DNA of 64,000 bases from Candidatus Amesbacteria bacterium RIFCSPLOWO2_01_FULL_48_25. GTDB taxonomy: Bacteria > Patescibacteriota > Microgenomatia > CAZETR01 > Amesbacteraceae. The notes below the pieces were generated by a model, which was not told the DNA's origin, ran no database searches, and worked only from the letters and a program-made list of their open reading frames with translations. The DNA lies in the NCBI GenBank assembly GCA_001773695.1, contig MEXN01000005.1, positions 3,687-67,686 of the forward strand. Reading direction: 5' to 3'. Made by a program: the position numbers and the translations under genes. Each line of letters starts with the position of its first letter. The stretch's first letter is position 1. Of the stretch, positions 34,802-45,081 are shown piece by piece.

Positions 34802-37771
34802 TTAGGGCCAGGTAACACTTGCAGAACAAGATTCGTAGAAAGTGGTGGCTAGAATGTAGGGACTTGCTATTATATTGCCACTGAAAAGGAAGACCAGATC
34901 TTTGGTTTGTCCGACGGCGGTAACCCTGTTACCCGTCGACCAGGAGCTAATTGTGGCTGTGCAAACACCCGTGGTTGAATTGCATGACCCGGTTGAGCCT
35001 GTCCAAATAATCACACCAGCAAGGGTAATCTTTTGAAGTTGGCCTTTATAGTACGGCCAGGTGAGAGAAATGCTGGAAATTGTGGCATTAGCTGTGGATT
35101 TTGTTGGGTCATTAAATATCCTGGAGTAAAAGCTGTTTCCGCCCGCTCCTTGGGAAGTCAGGTTGACGTAGCAGACAGGGATAGGGGTGGGGGTGGGAGG
35201 AGCTGGGGTTGGGGTGCGGGTGGGAGTAGGAGGGATGGGAGTAGGGGTGCGGGTGGGAGTAGGGGCTGTTGTGGTGGCAGTGGGAGAGAGGGTGGGGGAT
35301 GGGGTGGAAGCGGGGAGAGGACCGGCGAGGGAGGCGAAATCAAGGGAATTGACTTTGAAGTCCCCATTTTGGTCCAGGATTGAGCTGAGCCAGGAGAGAA
35401 GGAGATTTTTGATGGTGGCGATGGGGGTGGGTGAGATGGTTGGTCCCAGGCTGGTTAATACAGCTCCGTCGTCATAAATCAAACCAACCCCGGGAGCATA
35501 GCGCTTGGTACTGGGGGGAGTTTCATTTACCAATAAGACATTGTTGAAGGTGCCAGCGGGAACTGTATATGTCCCAAATGATATGTGTAGAGCCCGATCT
35601 TCAGCGAATCCTGGAGCAAATTCTTGATAATAAGACTGGCCTACTGCTGGAGAGGCCGGCATGATTATACCCGGCCTGAAATTTGGGTGAGCTGGATCGT
35701 CATAAGCAATCCAGGAGCCTGCTATGGGATTTCCGTTGCCGTCGAACACATCCTCGCCATAGTAGCAGACGGTGCCATTGGGGGCCTGAACAAACCAGTT
35801 ATTCGATACTTCAACAAGAGTACCATTTAGCCACTCTCTCTCCTCTATCACGCGGGTGGTTATGCCGCCTATAACTTTTGTTTGATTTAAGACACTGAAC
35901 TGAACCTTAAGTCCTCCACCTTCGAGTATGTGTACCAGGCCGACTGGCAGGGGGAAGTAGGGATTGTTGATGTTAAGAGAGAAAGGACCGTTGGCGCGGT
36001 CGCAGACGGCAATATCGATCTCGCCCGTTGAAGGCTGAGTGGGAGTGGGAGCACCTGAAGGAGTGGGAGTGGGAGGAATTGGAGTTGGGGTTCGGGTGGG
36101 AGTAGGGCCGGAGGTGGGTGAGGGACCGGGAGTGTTGGTGGGTCCAACACCGCCAGAATTTAGGGTAATGGTATCGCGGTTAACTCCTGTTTGGTCAATA
36201 TAGCTGGCAGTCATGGTGTCGCCATTGACCTGGAAATATAGAAAACCGGCGTCGGAGTCGCCGGAAGCCGATTTGGCGGCACAGCCCGGACCAGGACTGG
36301 TAGAAGTGCAACTGGAAGAGCCACTTTTACCACCATTCCCGATAGTATAGGCCTGGACGTTGGGGTAAAAACCGGGTTTTCGGTTCCAGCGTTCGAAAAC
36401 GTGGGAGTGGCCCCAAAGAACCAGATCGGCTCCGGCATCGGAGGCCATGCGAATTAAGTTGTCTATGATAGCTGTATTTGTGGAGTGAGATCCGGCAGAC
36501 CAGCCGTTGTGGTGCCAATAGACGACCTTCCAAGGCTGGTTTGAGGTAATCAAGTTATTGTAAGCCCAGGCTACCTGGGGATCGGAAGCGGAAGGATTGG
36601 TAGCATTGTAAGCGTAGCTACTGTTGGAATTTAGGGCTACGAAGTGAACGTTGCCATAATCAAACGCGTAAGTTGATATTTGGGACGACATTTTTCCTCC
36701 ACCGGGTAGACTATGGTCGGCCATTACCGTGGGGCAAGAAGTCTCGTGATTGCCGCAGGTGACGTAAAAAGGAGAGAACGACATCGTATTTTGGCCGGGA
36801 GAGGCATCAGAGTAGCGATCGAAATAAAGAGTATTGTTGTTACTAAAACTGGTGCTGTATGGGTAAGCGATGTCGCCGGCAACTATGGTCACATCCGGTC
36901 TTTTGGCAAAAACTTGTTTGGCAACGTTATTTTGGCGGGTGCCGTTGTCGCCAGAATCTCCCCAAATGGCCCAGGTGAAGGGGGTGGATGAGCCGACGGC
37001 GGGAGGAGTTTTGAAATAGTGGTTGGGATCACCGGCCGGGGTTAAGGCCGTTCCTGTGGTAGTGGTAACTTGATAGTAATATGAGGTGTTTGGAGCCAGG
37101 CCGGTGATTTTGGCGTGGTTATTATTCCCGCCGGTACAAGGAAAGCTGGAGTTGTTACCGCAATTTATTAACTGCTCGGCGTCACTAGTCACTTGGCTGC
37201 CGTAAGAAGTCGTCAATCCGTACTTGACGATGAGCTGGTTCTGGGTATTGGTTACCCATCTGAAATCATATGAAGCGGTGGTGGCTTTTTGTAAAAAAAC
37301 CTTTCTGGTGAGGTTTGCGGAACCAGGAATTGGTGTCGGGGTTGGGATTGGGGTATTTGTTGGAACGAGGGTGGGGACGGGGGTGTTGGTAGGGACGGTT
37401 TGGTTTGTTAAACACAAGCAATTTGTCCACTGAACTTCGTGCCTATCGATTGCCCCAGCCGGGCAATATATGGTGCCTTGGGTATTTTCGATAAAGTTAG
37501 AGCAGGTACCACTCAATTCAATGCATGAATTATTTGTTGAATCCCTGGCGAAGTACTTGTTGTTTGATGCAGACGAGTCGGTGCCAACATCATAGCATTG
37601 AAATCCGTATCCTTGGTTTGCGCATACGTCATTACATGTAGCCCCATTAGAAGTCGGACCTGCCTCACCTCCATTGAAAACTACTCTTGAGGTGGTTTGT
37701 GACAGGACCGGTCTTGGTAGAAGTATTAGGAGGAGGAAGAGGGTGAGGATGAACGAGAATTTTTTGGACAT
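34802..37771 (-). CDS. Secreted purple-acid-phosphatase-type metallophosphoesterase, multidomain
   Basis: FN3-like GLAPNTSYYY, WGD, GDIAY, GNHE, GHSH. Confidence 0.88.
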   Translation of the reverse strand: MSKKFSFILTLFLLLILLPRPVLSQTTSRVVFNGGEAGPTSNGATCNDVCANQGYGFQCYDVGTDSSASNNKYFARDSTNNSCIELSGTCSNFIENTQGTIYCPAGAIDRHEVQWTNCLCLTNQTVPTNTPVPTLVPTNTPIPTPTPIPGSANLTRKVFLQKATTASYDFRWVTNTQNQLIVKYGLTTSYGSQVTSDAEQLINCGNNSSFPCTGGNNNHAKITGLAPNTSYYYQVTTTTGTALTPAGDPNHYFKTPPAVGSSTPFTWAIWGDSGDNGTRQNNVAKQVFAKRPDVTIVAGDIAYPYSTSFSNNNTLYFDRYSDASPGQNTMSFSPFYVTCGNHETSCPTVMADHSLPGGGKMSSQISTYAFDYGNVHFVALNSNSSYAYNATNPSASDPQVAWAYNNLITSNQPWKVVYWHHNGWSAGSHSTNTAIIDNLIRMASDAGADLVLWGHSHVFERWNRKPGFYPNVQAYTIGNGGKSGSSSCTSTSPGPGCAAKSASGDSDAGFLYFQVNGDTMTASYIDQTGVNRDTITLNSGGVGPTNTPGPSPTSGPTPTRTPTPIPPTPTPSGAPTPTQPSTGEIDIAVCDRANGPFSLNINNPYFPLPVGLVHILEGGGLKVQFSVLNQTKVIGGITTRVIEEREWLNGTLVEVSNNWFVQAPNGTVCYYGEDVFDGNGNPIAGSWIAYDDPAHPNFRPGIIMPASPAVGQSYYQEFAPGFAEDRALHISFGTYTVPAGTFNNVLLVNETPPSTKRYAPGVGLIYDDGAVLTSLGPTISPTPIATIKNLLLSWLSSILDQNGDFKVNSLDFASLAGPLPASTPSPTLSPTATTTAPTPTRTPTPIPPTPTRTPTPAPPTPTPIPVCYVNLTSQGAGGNSFYSRIFNDPTKSTANATISSISLTWPYYKGQLQKITLAGVIIWTGSTGSCNSTTGVCTATISSWSTGNRVTAVGQTKDLVFLFSGNIIASPYILATTFYESCSASVTWP

Positions 37772-37831
37772 TATAGTTAGATTCAATAATCGTTCTTGAC
37801 AGGGTTGTTTGTCAAGGACTAGGATGAAAAG

Positions 37832-38230
37832 GTGAAGGTTAGACTTTTGTTGTTTGTTTTGACTGTAGTTGGTCTAATTGCGCTGGGTTACTATTTGTTC
37901 CAAAGATCGAAGCCAGAACCGGTTGAGGAGGTGCTGAATAGGGTGCAGACGGTAAATGTCCGGGCGGATGGGGGGAAATTTGTGCCGGATAGTTTTAAGG
38001 TGGAGCTATTTGATATGGTGAAGCTGAATATTTCGGCTGTAGACCGGGATTACGTTTTTAAAGTTAGGGATTACCCCAGAATGGATGTGAGCGTTCCTGC
38101 TGGGAAAACTATTGTTGCCACCATAGAATTTTTGGGGGTGGGAGATTATGTCTTTGAATGCGGGCAGGGGTGTACCGGAACGATTACCGTGGTCCAGGAG
38201 AGGGATACAGAAGGAGAAGAGCCGAATTAA
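37832..38230 (+). CDS. Cupredoxin-like membrane-anchored protein
   Basis: TM, F.P..F.V, GDYVFEC..C.GTITV. Confidence 0.65.
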   Translation: MKVRLLLFVLTVVGLIALGYYLFQRSKPEPVEEVLNRVQTVNVRADGGKFVPDSFKVELFDMVKLNISAVDRDYVFKVRDYPRMDVSVPAGKTIVATIEFLGVGDYVFECGQGCTGTITVVQERDTEGEEPN

Positions 38231-39524
38231 TGTAAGGGAGGAGATTCGGCGGAGCTGTCGCTTTAGCTTTTTGATATAGGTTTCTAGACTCTGCCGGTTT
38301 GCCGAGCGTGAACTTTATTCCGGCTAGATTGATCATGTCCGGGTAGCCAAGATAAAAATAGAGTTTATGGGGGTGGGTTTTAGTGGCTTGCTCTAATTCT
38401 GACTCGGCTTGGATATAATCCCCCTTGAATAGGTAATAGTTGCCCAAGTAAGAGTGGGCTTCGGAAAAATCCGGATCGGTGGCAACTTCCGGGGTGAAGA
38501 GGGTGGCGTCGTTTTGGTATTGGAAGCCGGCGAAGAAAGTCGAGACAGAGGCGATGGCAATCCAGAGGTAAAGAAGCGGACTACCGAGCCGGCGGGTTAT
38601 CAAGACCAGACCCAGGGCGAAGGGAATGAGGGGCAGATAAGCATAGTGGGGCGAACCCACCCTGGGAACCGGAATGATGTTCAGGCCAGGGGCGAGCATG
38701 ATGGCAAACAGGACTAGGAATTTTTTGTTTTTGATTTTTAGGAATGCGATGATGAGGAGAAAGAGCGAAAATAGGGATTTGGGGTCGGTGATTTTTAAGA
38801 TGGGCACCACGTCGCTCAACGTCGGTTTGAGGGGGGCGACGAGCATAAATAGCCAACGGTTGAGAAGATCAAGGCGAGTGCCGATATTTTCGGATAGGGA
38901 AAGGCTGACGGCCGGTGTGCCCCAGACTTGGGGAACGGCGGAGTATCGCAGGGTGCTGTAAACTAAAATGAGAGAAGCAAGCAACAAGAGCGGCGAGCGA
39001 TGAAACTTTTTGGTGAGCAAAATTAATGCAGGAACTATAATGAGGGCGGTTTCTTTGGAAAACAGGGCCAGGGCGAAAGCGGCGGAGGTGGGTAAGGCAC
39101 GATTAAGATTGTAAAAATATAAGGTGAGCATGATACCGATGAGAACCAGTGATTCCTGGCGTTGGAAGATCAGACCGACGACGGGGGAGGCGACAGGATG
39201 GACGCCGATGACAAGAGTCGTAAGAAGTTTCTCTTTGGCAGTGAGGTGGAAAAATACCGATAGAAAAAGGGGGGTTAAGGCGGCCACCAGAAGATGCAAA
39301 AAAATCGAGGTGAGATGAAATCCGGGCAACCACTGGCCATAGATAGCCGAGTCGAGACTGTATGAGATGGTAACCGCGGGGCGATAAAAGCTGGTGTGAC
39401 CAAAAGGGGAGGTGAAGGCCTTGTAAATTTGAGACAGGGGTAGGACGGCGGCGCGCCTTTGGATGTCATTGTGCTCGAGCCAAAGAAAATCTCGGTTTAA
39501 GAAGCTTAAGTGGATCAAGAACAA
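38184..39524 (-). CDS. GT-C/TMTC-like membrane glycosyltransferase with TPR
   Basis: FYRP, FHLTSIFLH, VHP, LFSKETA, C-terminal TPR; start uncertain. Confidence 0.8.
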   Translation of the reverse strand: MFLIHLSFLNRDFLWLEHNDIQRRAAVLPLSQIYKAFTSPFGHTSFYRPAVTISYSLDSAIYGQWLPGFHLTSIFLHLLVAALTPLFLSVFFHLTAKEKLLTTLVIGVHPVASPVVGLIFQRQESLVLIGIMLTLYFYNLNRALPTSAAFALALFSKETALIIVPALILLTKKFHRSPLLLLASLILVYSTLRYSAVPQVWGTPAVSLSLSENIGTRLDLLNRWLFMLVAPLKPTLSDVVPILKITDPKSLFSLFLLIIAFLKIKNKKFLVLFAIMLAPGLNIIPVPRVGSPHYAYLPLIPFALGLVLITRRLGSPLLYLWIAIASVSTFFAGFQYQNDATLFTPEVATDPDFSEAHSYLGNYYLFKGDYIQAESELEQATKTHPHKLYFYLGYPDMINLAGIKFTLGKPAESRNLYQKAKATAPPNLLPYINSALLLLYPSPGPR

Positions 39525-39563
39525 AAAAATGAGGACGGTTTTGGGGTTTATGGATAGAGATTA

Positions 39564-39923
39564 CTACTTTTTGGGTGGGGATTTGCGGATTTCTTCGAGA
39601 TGTTTGGCCAGATCTTCACAGTAGACGGTCCAGGAGTGGTGGTTGGGACTGGAGAGGTACCCTAGGTTGTGGCAGAGATCGATCATAGCGGCGATTTTGG
39701 CTACGGTTTTGATGCTCCTGTCCAGGCTGTGAAACGAATCGTCTGGGCCTTTGGAGGAGTAATGTTCGGCAATATCTTGGAGGACGGAAGTTCCCATGGC
39801 GCGGAGTTGTTTTATGACGCCATTTTTCTCATAGTCGGGTAATTTTCCGGTGAGGTTGAAAATGTCCTTGGTGAAAATGAGGGTCTTTTCGTAGGCGATT
39901 TTGTTTTGAAAGCGGAAATACAT
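39564..39923 (-). CDS. Four-helix-bundle protein (23S rRNA IVP/S23-like)
   Basis: LP..EK..QLRA..SV...IAE. Confidence 0.75.
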   Translation of the reverse strand: MYFRFQNKIAYEKTLIFTKDIFNLTGKLPDYEKNGVIKQLRAMGTSVLQDIAEHYSSKGPDDSFHSLDRSIKTVAKIAAMIDLCHNLGYLSSPNHHSWTVYCEDLAKHLEEIRKSPPKK

Positions 39924-39939
39924 GGTTTTAGTTTAACAC

Positions 39940-41253
39940 TCATGTGGGTTTGTTTAAAAGTATAGCCAATCCTAAACCTGTCACAATAACAGCAGATAGG
40001 ATCGAGATATACTTTTCTGTGTTTGCAAAATGGGGTATTTTTTGCAAAGTCATTTTTTTGGAAACAACCACCAAGACACCTCCAATAACCAAAGCGCTGG
40101 CAAGGCCAAGACTAAAAATCACCAAAAGAATAATCCCGAACAATATCTTTCGCACCGAGACGGCAACTACCAAAATAGCCAGAGCATCAACACAAGGAAC
40201 AATCCCTCCAGAGATACCCAAGGGCATCAGGTTTTTCCAATCAATCTTACTCACATTATCTTCGTGCAAATGTGGATGTAGATGCTCATGCTGGGGTTTA
40301 AACAAATCAACTATCCTAGTAACCAGAAGGTATAGTCCAAACCCGGTAACCAGAATCCCCGATACGACATTCAACCACTTAATAATGGTGACCGGCACAA
40401 TATATTGAGTAAGAAGCAGAGCCAGAAGACCCAAAATAAAAACGCTGGCGGTGTGGGTAATAGTGATTATCAGACCTAGTTGAACGGCATGAGTAATCGT
40501 TCCTTTCTCACCGACTAGATAACCGGCAACGATAGCTTTGCCGTGTCCTGGGGTTAACGCATGAAGCATGCCTATTACAAAAGCAGCAAAGAGGGCAAGC
40601 CCGGCTAGTTTCGTTGGTACTTTGTCAACTTTTACGTAAGTGTTTAAAAAAATGTTTATTCTGGATCCAGCACTTATACCCAGAACCGAAGGGCTATTTT
40701 TCTGGCCCTCACTAACTTTAATTTTGACCGAGTCGGATTCTACTTTTTCCAAAACATCCGCCTTTAGACCTTCTGTACCTTTGGCTGACAGTTCAAACTC
40801 CCCTAATTTTTTGTCCTTTCCTTGGTAGTGGTAACTCCAAATTTGTCCTGGCAAAAATTTCCCGCTAGTTTCAAACTCGATACTAACGTTAGCTGGCCGG
40901 GGTAAATAAAAGGCGTAGTAGCCTGGAAACGATAACTTATGGGCTGAAAAGTCATATCTGGTTCCATCTAATTCCAACCATGACGAGTCTTGGCCCTTTA
41001 TCATCCAGGAGTCTTTTTCTTTCTGGGAAATTTCCCGATCTTTATTTATGTCGATACTTTCCCAAATTTTATTTTTGTCCAAGGGGTATAATATCAATTG
41101 GATAGTCAGCTTTGCCTGACGAGGGGATATCTCCAATATTTGTCTCTGGTCGTAAGTTATGGTATTTCCAAACTCGTCGACGGGGTGAGCTTGGGCGGTG
41201 CCTGGGTTGGACAAAACTAAAAGAGTGAGGAGGGTGAGTGCAAAGGGTTTCAT
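39940..41253 (-). CDS. Ni/Co transporter (RcnA/NicO-like) with extracytoplasmic N-terminal domain
   Basis: HALTPGHGK, His-rich loop, GGIVPC. Confidence 0.85.
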   Translation of the reverse strand: MKPFALTLLTLLVLSNPGTAQAHPVDEFGNTITYDQRQILEISPRQAKLTIQLILYPLDKNKIWESIDINKDREISQKEKDSWMIKGQDSSWLELDGTRYDFSAHKLSFPGYYAFYLPRPANVSIEFETSGKFLPGQIWSYHYQGKDKKLGEFELSAKGTEGLKADVLEKVESDSVKIKVSEGQKNSPSVLGISAGSRINIFLNTYVKVDKVPTKLAGLALFAAFVIGMLHALTPGHGKAIVAGYLVGEKGTITHAVQLGLIITITHTASVFILGLLALLLTQYIVPVTIIKWLNVVSGILVTGFGLYLLVTRIVDLFKPQHEHLHPHLHEDNVSKIDWKNLMPLGISGGIVPCVDALAILVVAVSVRKILFGIILLVIFSLGLASALVIGGVLVVVSKKMTLQKIPHFANTEKYISILSAVIVTGLGLAILLNKPT

Positions 41254-41297
41254 GAAAGTCTGCAAGATTTGTGCTTGCCCCGAGCGAAGTCGAAGGG

Positions 41298-41381
41298 TGC
41301 CGGGAGCAGGATTCGAACCTACGTAGCCATAAAGGCGCGGCTTTTACAGAGCCGTGTATTTGACCGCTCTACCATCCCGGC
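41298..41381 (-). tRNA. tRNA-Tyr (GTA)
   Basis: Acceptor GCCGGGA/TCCCGGC, CTGTAAA loop, long variable arm. Confidence 0.95.
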
Positions 41382-41418
41382 TTTGGAGTTAATTTTACAG
41401 CAAAAGTGCTATTATTGA

Positions 41419-41751
41419 TTGGTGAAGATTAACTTAAGGCTTTTGTATTTGTATCTGTTTTCGTTTGTGGGTTTGCTGATTGTGGTCATCGGGTCGATAA
41501 GACTGGTGGATTTGGGACTCAAGGTGTTTGTGTTTAAGGACGCGGACAAATTTGAATATGTGGCGCCGGCAAGAGTCGAGGGAGAAAAAATGCAGGTGGA
41601 TGTAGTGGAAGAGAAGAAGCGGTCAGAAAGAGAATTTGTGCGGCAGAGGCAGAGGGAGTTTACGGGGTCGATATCTATGATCGCGGTTGGGTTGCCTCTT
41701 TATTTGTACCACTGGAAGACGATTCAGAAGGAGCACGAGAAGGAGTCTTGA
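41419..41751 (+). CDS. Two-TM membrane protein (DUF5671-like)
   Basis: LYLYLFSFVGL..VGLPLYLYHW. Confidence 0.75.
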   Translation: MVKINLRLLYLYLFSFVGLLIVVIGSIRLVDLGLKVFVFKDADKFEYVAPARVEGEKMQVDVVEEKKRSEREFVRQRQREFTGSISMIAVGLPLYLYHWKTIQKEHEKES

Positions 41752-41761
41752 ATTTTTTGAG

Positions 41762-41833
41762 AGCCGCCCCCCAGATTTGAACTGGGAACCTTCGCTTTAC
41801 AAAAGCGTTGCTCAACCGTTGAGCTAGGGCGGC
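41762..41833 (-). tRNA. tRNA-Thr (TGT)
   Basis: Acceptor GCCGCCC/GGGCGGC, TTTGTAA loop. Confidence 0.92.
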
Positions 41834-42046
41834 GGGAATTAATTTTACCAATAAAATGTCCCGCCAGTCAGGCAATTGAGGTTTTTCCCCAAGTCCTTTT
41901 TTAGGTGGGCGAGCTCCCCTTCTGACTTTCGCTTTGAAGGGATGTCCAGTCTGGTACAGGACCAAGCTGGAATTATGCAGGCCCTACTTGGAAAAAACAG
42001 TCGAGAAAAAATGACTCAATCGGTCCTTCTTGGCAGGACAAGTTAA

Positions 42047-42631
42047 TTATAACAAGATATGCAACAGGAAATTTGAGATGGGGAAGAGGATGGAGCCTAT
42101 GATGCCGGTGGCAATGAGAAGAATCAGGATAAAATAGCTGGTTTGGGGGTTAGTTAGAAGCGGTGAGCGGATGGCAAATATTTTTGAGCCGTCCAAGGGC
42201 GGTAAGGGGATAAGATTGAAGAGAGCGAGATTGATATTTAAAGAGACTAGAGAATAGAGAATAGTGTTTAGGGAAGGGGGGAGAGAAGGGAAACGGAAAA
42301 GCTGGGCGAGGAGAATGGCTACGATTATGTTACTGACCGGGCCGGCGAGGGCGATTTTGGCTGTGTCTTTCCGGGGGTCCTTGAGATTGTAGGGGTCAAA
42401 TGGTGAGGGTTTGCCCCAGCCGAAGGCGCCGGTTATGAGAATGACCACGGTGCCTAGGGGGTCGAGATGGGCTAGGGGGTTTAGAGTTAGCCGACCCAGG
42501 GCGCGGGGAGTGGGGTCTCCTAGGTAATCGGCCATGTAGCAATGGGCGGCTTCATGAATGCCGATAGCGATAATTAATCCGCCAAAGAATAAGATGAACG
42601 CGTAGGGGTTGGAAAAAAGGAGGGGGAGCAT
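42047..42631 (-). CDS. Site-2 protease (M50)
   Basis: HEAAH, AGPVSN, FNLIPLPPLDG. Confidence 0.93.
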   Translation of the reverse strand: MLPLLFSNPYAFILFFGGLIIAIGIHEAAHCYMADYLGDPTPRALGRLTLNPLAHLDPLGTVVILITGAFGWGKPSPFDPYNLKDPRKDTAKIALAGPVSNIIVAILLAQLFRFPSLPPSLNTILYSLVSLNINLALFNLIPLPPLDGSKIFAIRSPLLTNPQTSYFILILLIATGIIGSILFPISNFLLHILL

Positions 42632-42649
42632 GTTAAAATCAATTCTATC

Positions 42650-42868
42650 ATGTCATACGTTTGTGATAATTGTGGTCGAGGAGTGCAGTACGGCGAGTCG
42701 GGTCGGCACGGCCGGGGGGTAGCTGGAGGCAGGTGGAAGAAGAGGGCGCAGCGGACGAGAAAAGTATTTAAGCCTAACCTGCATAAATATATGGGTTCAA
42801 AATATTGCACGAAGTGTTTGAGGAAGATAAAGGGTCAAAGGATTACGGTTGTGGCGGCGGCGGCTTAG
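42650..42868 (+). CDS. rpmB: 50S ribosomal protein L28
   Basis: CDNC..RTRKVFKPNL..CTKCLR. Confidence 0.9.
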   Translation: MSYVCDNCGRGVQYGESGRHGRGVAGGRWKKRAQRTRKVFKPNLHKYMGSKYCTKCLRKIKGQRITVVAAAA

Positions 42869-43136
42869 GGAAGGTGCGATCTACGACAAGATTTGAGGCG
42901 ACGAATTCTGTGACTGTGCCGAGGGCTGAGTAGAAGAACGCGGCCTGAAGTGGTTCCTGATTTATAATTCCCAGTAAAGCAATGGTGGTGACCCTGATGG
43001 TTTCCAGGGCGAAGTAAGACGCGATTTCGATTTTAGAGAAAATCTGTTTTTTGGCGGTCCGATTTATCTGGACCATGCGGATGGGTATGATGTAAGGGAT
43101 TAGTACTGACTCGAACCTGATTAGGAATCTCTCCAT
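42843..43136 (-). CDS. Small membrane hypothetical protein
   Basis: ATG overlapping the fmt end; hydrophobic segments. Confidence 0.45.
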   Translation of the reverse strand: MERFLIRFESVLIPYIIPIRMVQINRTAKKQIFSKIEIASYFALETIRVTTIALLGIINQEPLQAAFFYSALGTVTEFVASNLVVDRTFPKPPPPQP

Positions 43137-43963
43137 GGTTGGGGTTCTTTCCCTGCGTATTGTACCAAAACCGGACTTAAGGATACAAGTTTGACTCGTT
43201 TGCCGGAAGGATCGATACTCCAAATTCCTGGCCAACCGACGAATGCACGATGCATTCGCGCAATGTCCAATTCACAAATCCCAAGATCCAAATAATTTTT
43301 TAATTTTTCAAATTCTATAAAACCGCTTTGGCGGGTGATTTTTTGAGTGAATGAGGCTTCGGCTTCGTTTTGGGGTTTATACCTCACCCCTTCGGTTCCC
43401 CTCTCCTGATTCAGGAGAGGGGGAAGGGGAGAGGTTAGAAAAAGTTTTGCGCCTTTTTCAAAAAGCCTATTTCCCAGGGTAATCCAGGTGTCGTTGGGGA
43501 GGATGACGTCTTTTTGCTGGGCGACAATAGGGCCGTGGTCCATGAGCGCGTCCAGCTGGATGATGGTAACGCCGGTTTGGGTCACGCCGTCTAATATCTG
43601 CTGTTGCAGGGGACTTGGACCACGGTATTTAGGTAGAAGGGACGGATGAATGTTGTAAATATGGTCATTAAATTTGTCCAGAATTGATTGGGGGATAATT
43701 TTGCCGTAGGCGGCGACGAGACCTATAACGCCCCCCTTCCCCCCTCTTAAATTAAGAGGGGGGATTGAGGAGGGTGATATATAAACTGGGATATGGTGTT
43801 TCAGGGCGAGGAGTTTGACGGGGTTGTGAGTGAGTTTGAGTCCGCGACCGGCGGGTTTATCCGGTGTTGTTACTGTAGCTGCAACCTGAAACCCGGAACC
43901 TAGAACCTTTTCTAACACTATTACTGAGAATGGCGAGGAGCCAAAGAAGACAAGACTTGACAT
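43121..43963 (-). CDS. fmt: Methionyl-tRNA formyltransferase
   Basis: PDKPAGRG, AAYGKII, NIHPSLLPKYRGPSP, MDHGP. Confidence 0.95.
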   Translation of the reverse strand: MSSLVFFGSSPFSVIVLEKVLGSGFQVAATVTTPDKPAGRGLKLTHNPVKLLALKHHIPVYISPSSIPPLNLRGGKGGVIGLVAAYGKIIPQSILDKFNDHIYNIHPSLLPKYRGPSPLQQQILDGVTQTGVTIIQLDALMDHGPIVAQQKDVILPNDTWITLGNRLFEKGAKLFLTSPLPPLLNQERGTEGVRYKPQNEAEASFTQKITRQSGFIEFEKLKNYLDLGICELDIARMHRAFVGWPGIWSIDPSGKRVKLVSLSPVLVQYAGKEPQPWRDS

Positions 43964-43985
43964 GAGGAGATTATAATAGATATAT

Positions 43986-44357
43986 ATGGCACCGGTATGG
44001 ATTGAAGTGATGAGAGAGAGAGTGGATAGGGTGGGTAGTTTGTACCGCAGGGTGAGGGGTACCAAACCCGCACCGGCGATTTCTGTAGATCAGAGAGAGG
44101 CTGTGATTTTGGGAGAAGTTACGGGGTACGAAAGAACTGTAGCTACGCCGCGAGGACCGAAACTGGTGACCGGCAGGGCGACAGTTGTAGAAGCAGACGG
44201 TGATGAGATGTGTTTGCCGGGGGGAACTGAAGTGGGTGACCGAATGTCGATTCGGGGATTTAGTGGATTGGCACCGGGGTTGGTGGAGCAGGTTGGGAAT
44301 GCCGTAGAGTTGGATAGGGCAAAGAAGAAGGCTAGGCTGAAGGAGCGTAGGAGTTAA
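43986..44357 (+). CDS. Hypothetical protein
   Basis: TATAAT shortly upstream; 123 aa. Confidence 0.55.
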   Translation: MAPVWIEVMRERVDRVGSLYRRVRGTKPAPAISVDQREAVILGEVTGYERTVATPRGPKLVTGRATVVEADGDEMCLPGGTEVGDRMSIRGFSGLAPGLVEQVGNAVELDRAKKKARLKERRS

Positions 44358-45057
44358 TCAAGTCGTCCTTGAATTTTAATACTGAATCCGGTGGACCTTC
44401 GATTTCGTTTATGAATTCAAGCGCTGCTTCTTGCCCAGGTGTGAGTTCGGGTTCGTCCGGAACTTTAATTTCTGGTGGTGAGGCCCTTTCTGCGGCTCTG
44501 CGCCTCAATCCGGCCTCTCTTTGGACAACGATTGGAATGTGGAAAGGGCCAAGGGGGTTGGGGAGACGTTGGGGGTTTCGAGTGACTTGGATGGGGCGAC
44601 GGCGGAGGATCCGGTTTCCTACGTAGGCTATTACGGCGATGGCTATTATCGCTCCACCGACCAAAGTGGCATTGGGGCCTTGGATCTCTGGGTTTTTGGA
44701 AACAGTGACAGGCATTTCGGTGGGATGGGAGGGCTGGACTATGGATGTGGAGTAGAGACAAGATTCGGGGCTATTGGGGTCAACAAACTCTATTTGGCCG
44801 GTGGAGGTGATTTGACAGTTGCCGGATACAGTGGCGTTGGCAATCATCAGGGCGAGGGCGGTGTCTGGATTACTTATCGGGCTCACTTGCTGGTGTAATA
44901 TTTGCTCTGCGACTTGGAAATTGTTCAGATCCGGTTCGCCTGGGGGAGGTTGGACCAATTGGACAGCGTATCCGTCTCTGGTGGCGTAAGGAACGAACCA
45001 ATTACTAAAGGCCGGGGCATAGTTGACAGGCGCTTCTGGTGTAGGAATACTTCCCAT
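44332..45057 (-). CDS. Hypothetical membrane protein
   Basis: TATACT 7 nt upstream; one TM. Confidence 0.6.
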   Translation of the reverse strand: MGSIPTPEAPVNYAPAFSNWFVPYATRDGYAVQLVQPPPGEPDLNNFQVAEQILHQQVSPISNPDTALALMIANATVSGNCQITSTGQIEFVDPNSPESCLYSTSIVQPSHPTEMPVTVSKNPEIQGPNATLVGGAIIAIAVIAYVGNRILRRRPIQVTRNPQRLPNPLGPFHIPIVVQREAGLRRRAAERASPPEIKVPDEPELTPGQEAALEFINEIEGPPDSVLKFKDDLINSYAPSA

Positions 45058-45081
45058 AACTTATAGTATAGCGCGGGTTGT

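Noticed and set aside
39564-39923. Four-helix-bundle protein as Avd of a diversity-generating retroelement
   Set aside because: No reverse transcriptase in the window and no TR/VR pair differing only at adenines; the duplicated dockerin and pilin blocks differ at all base types
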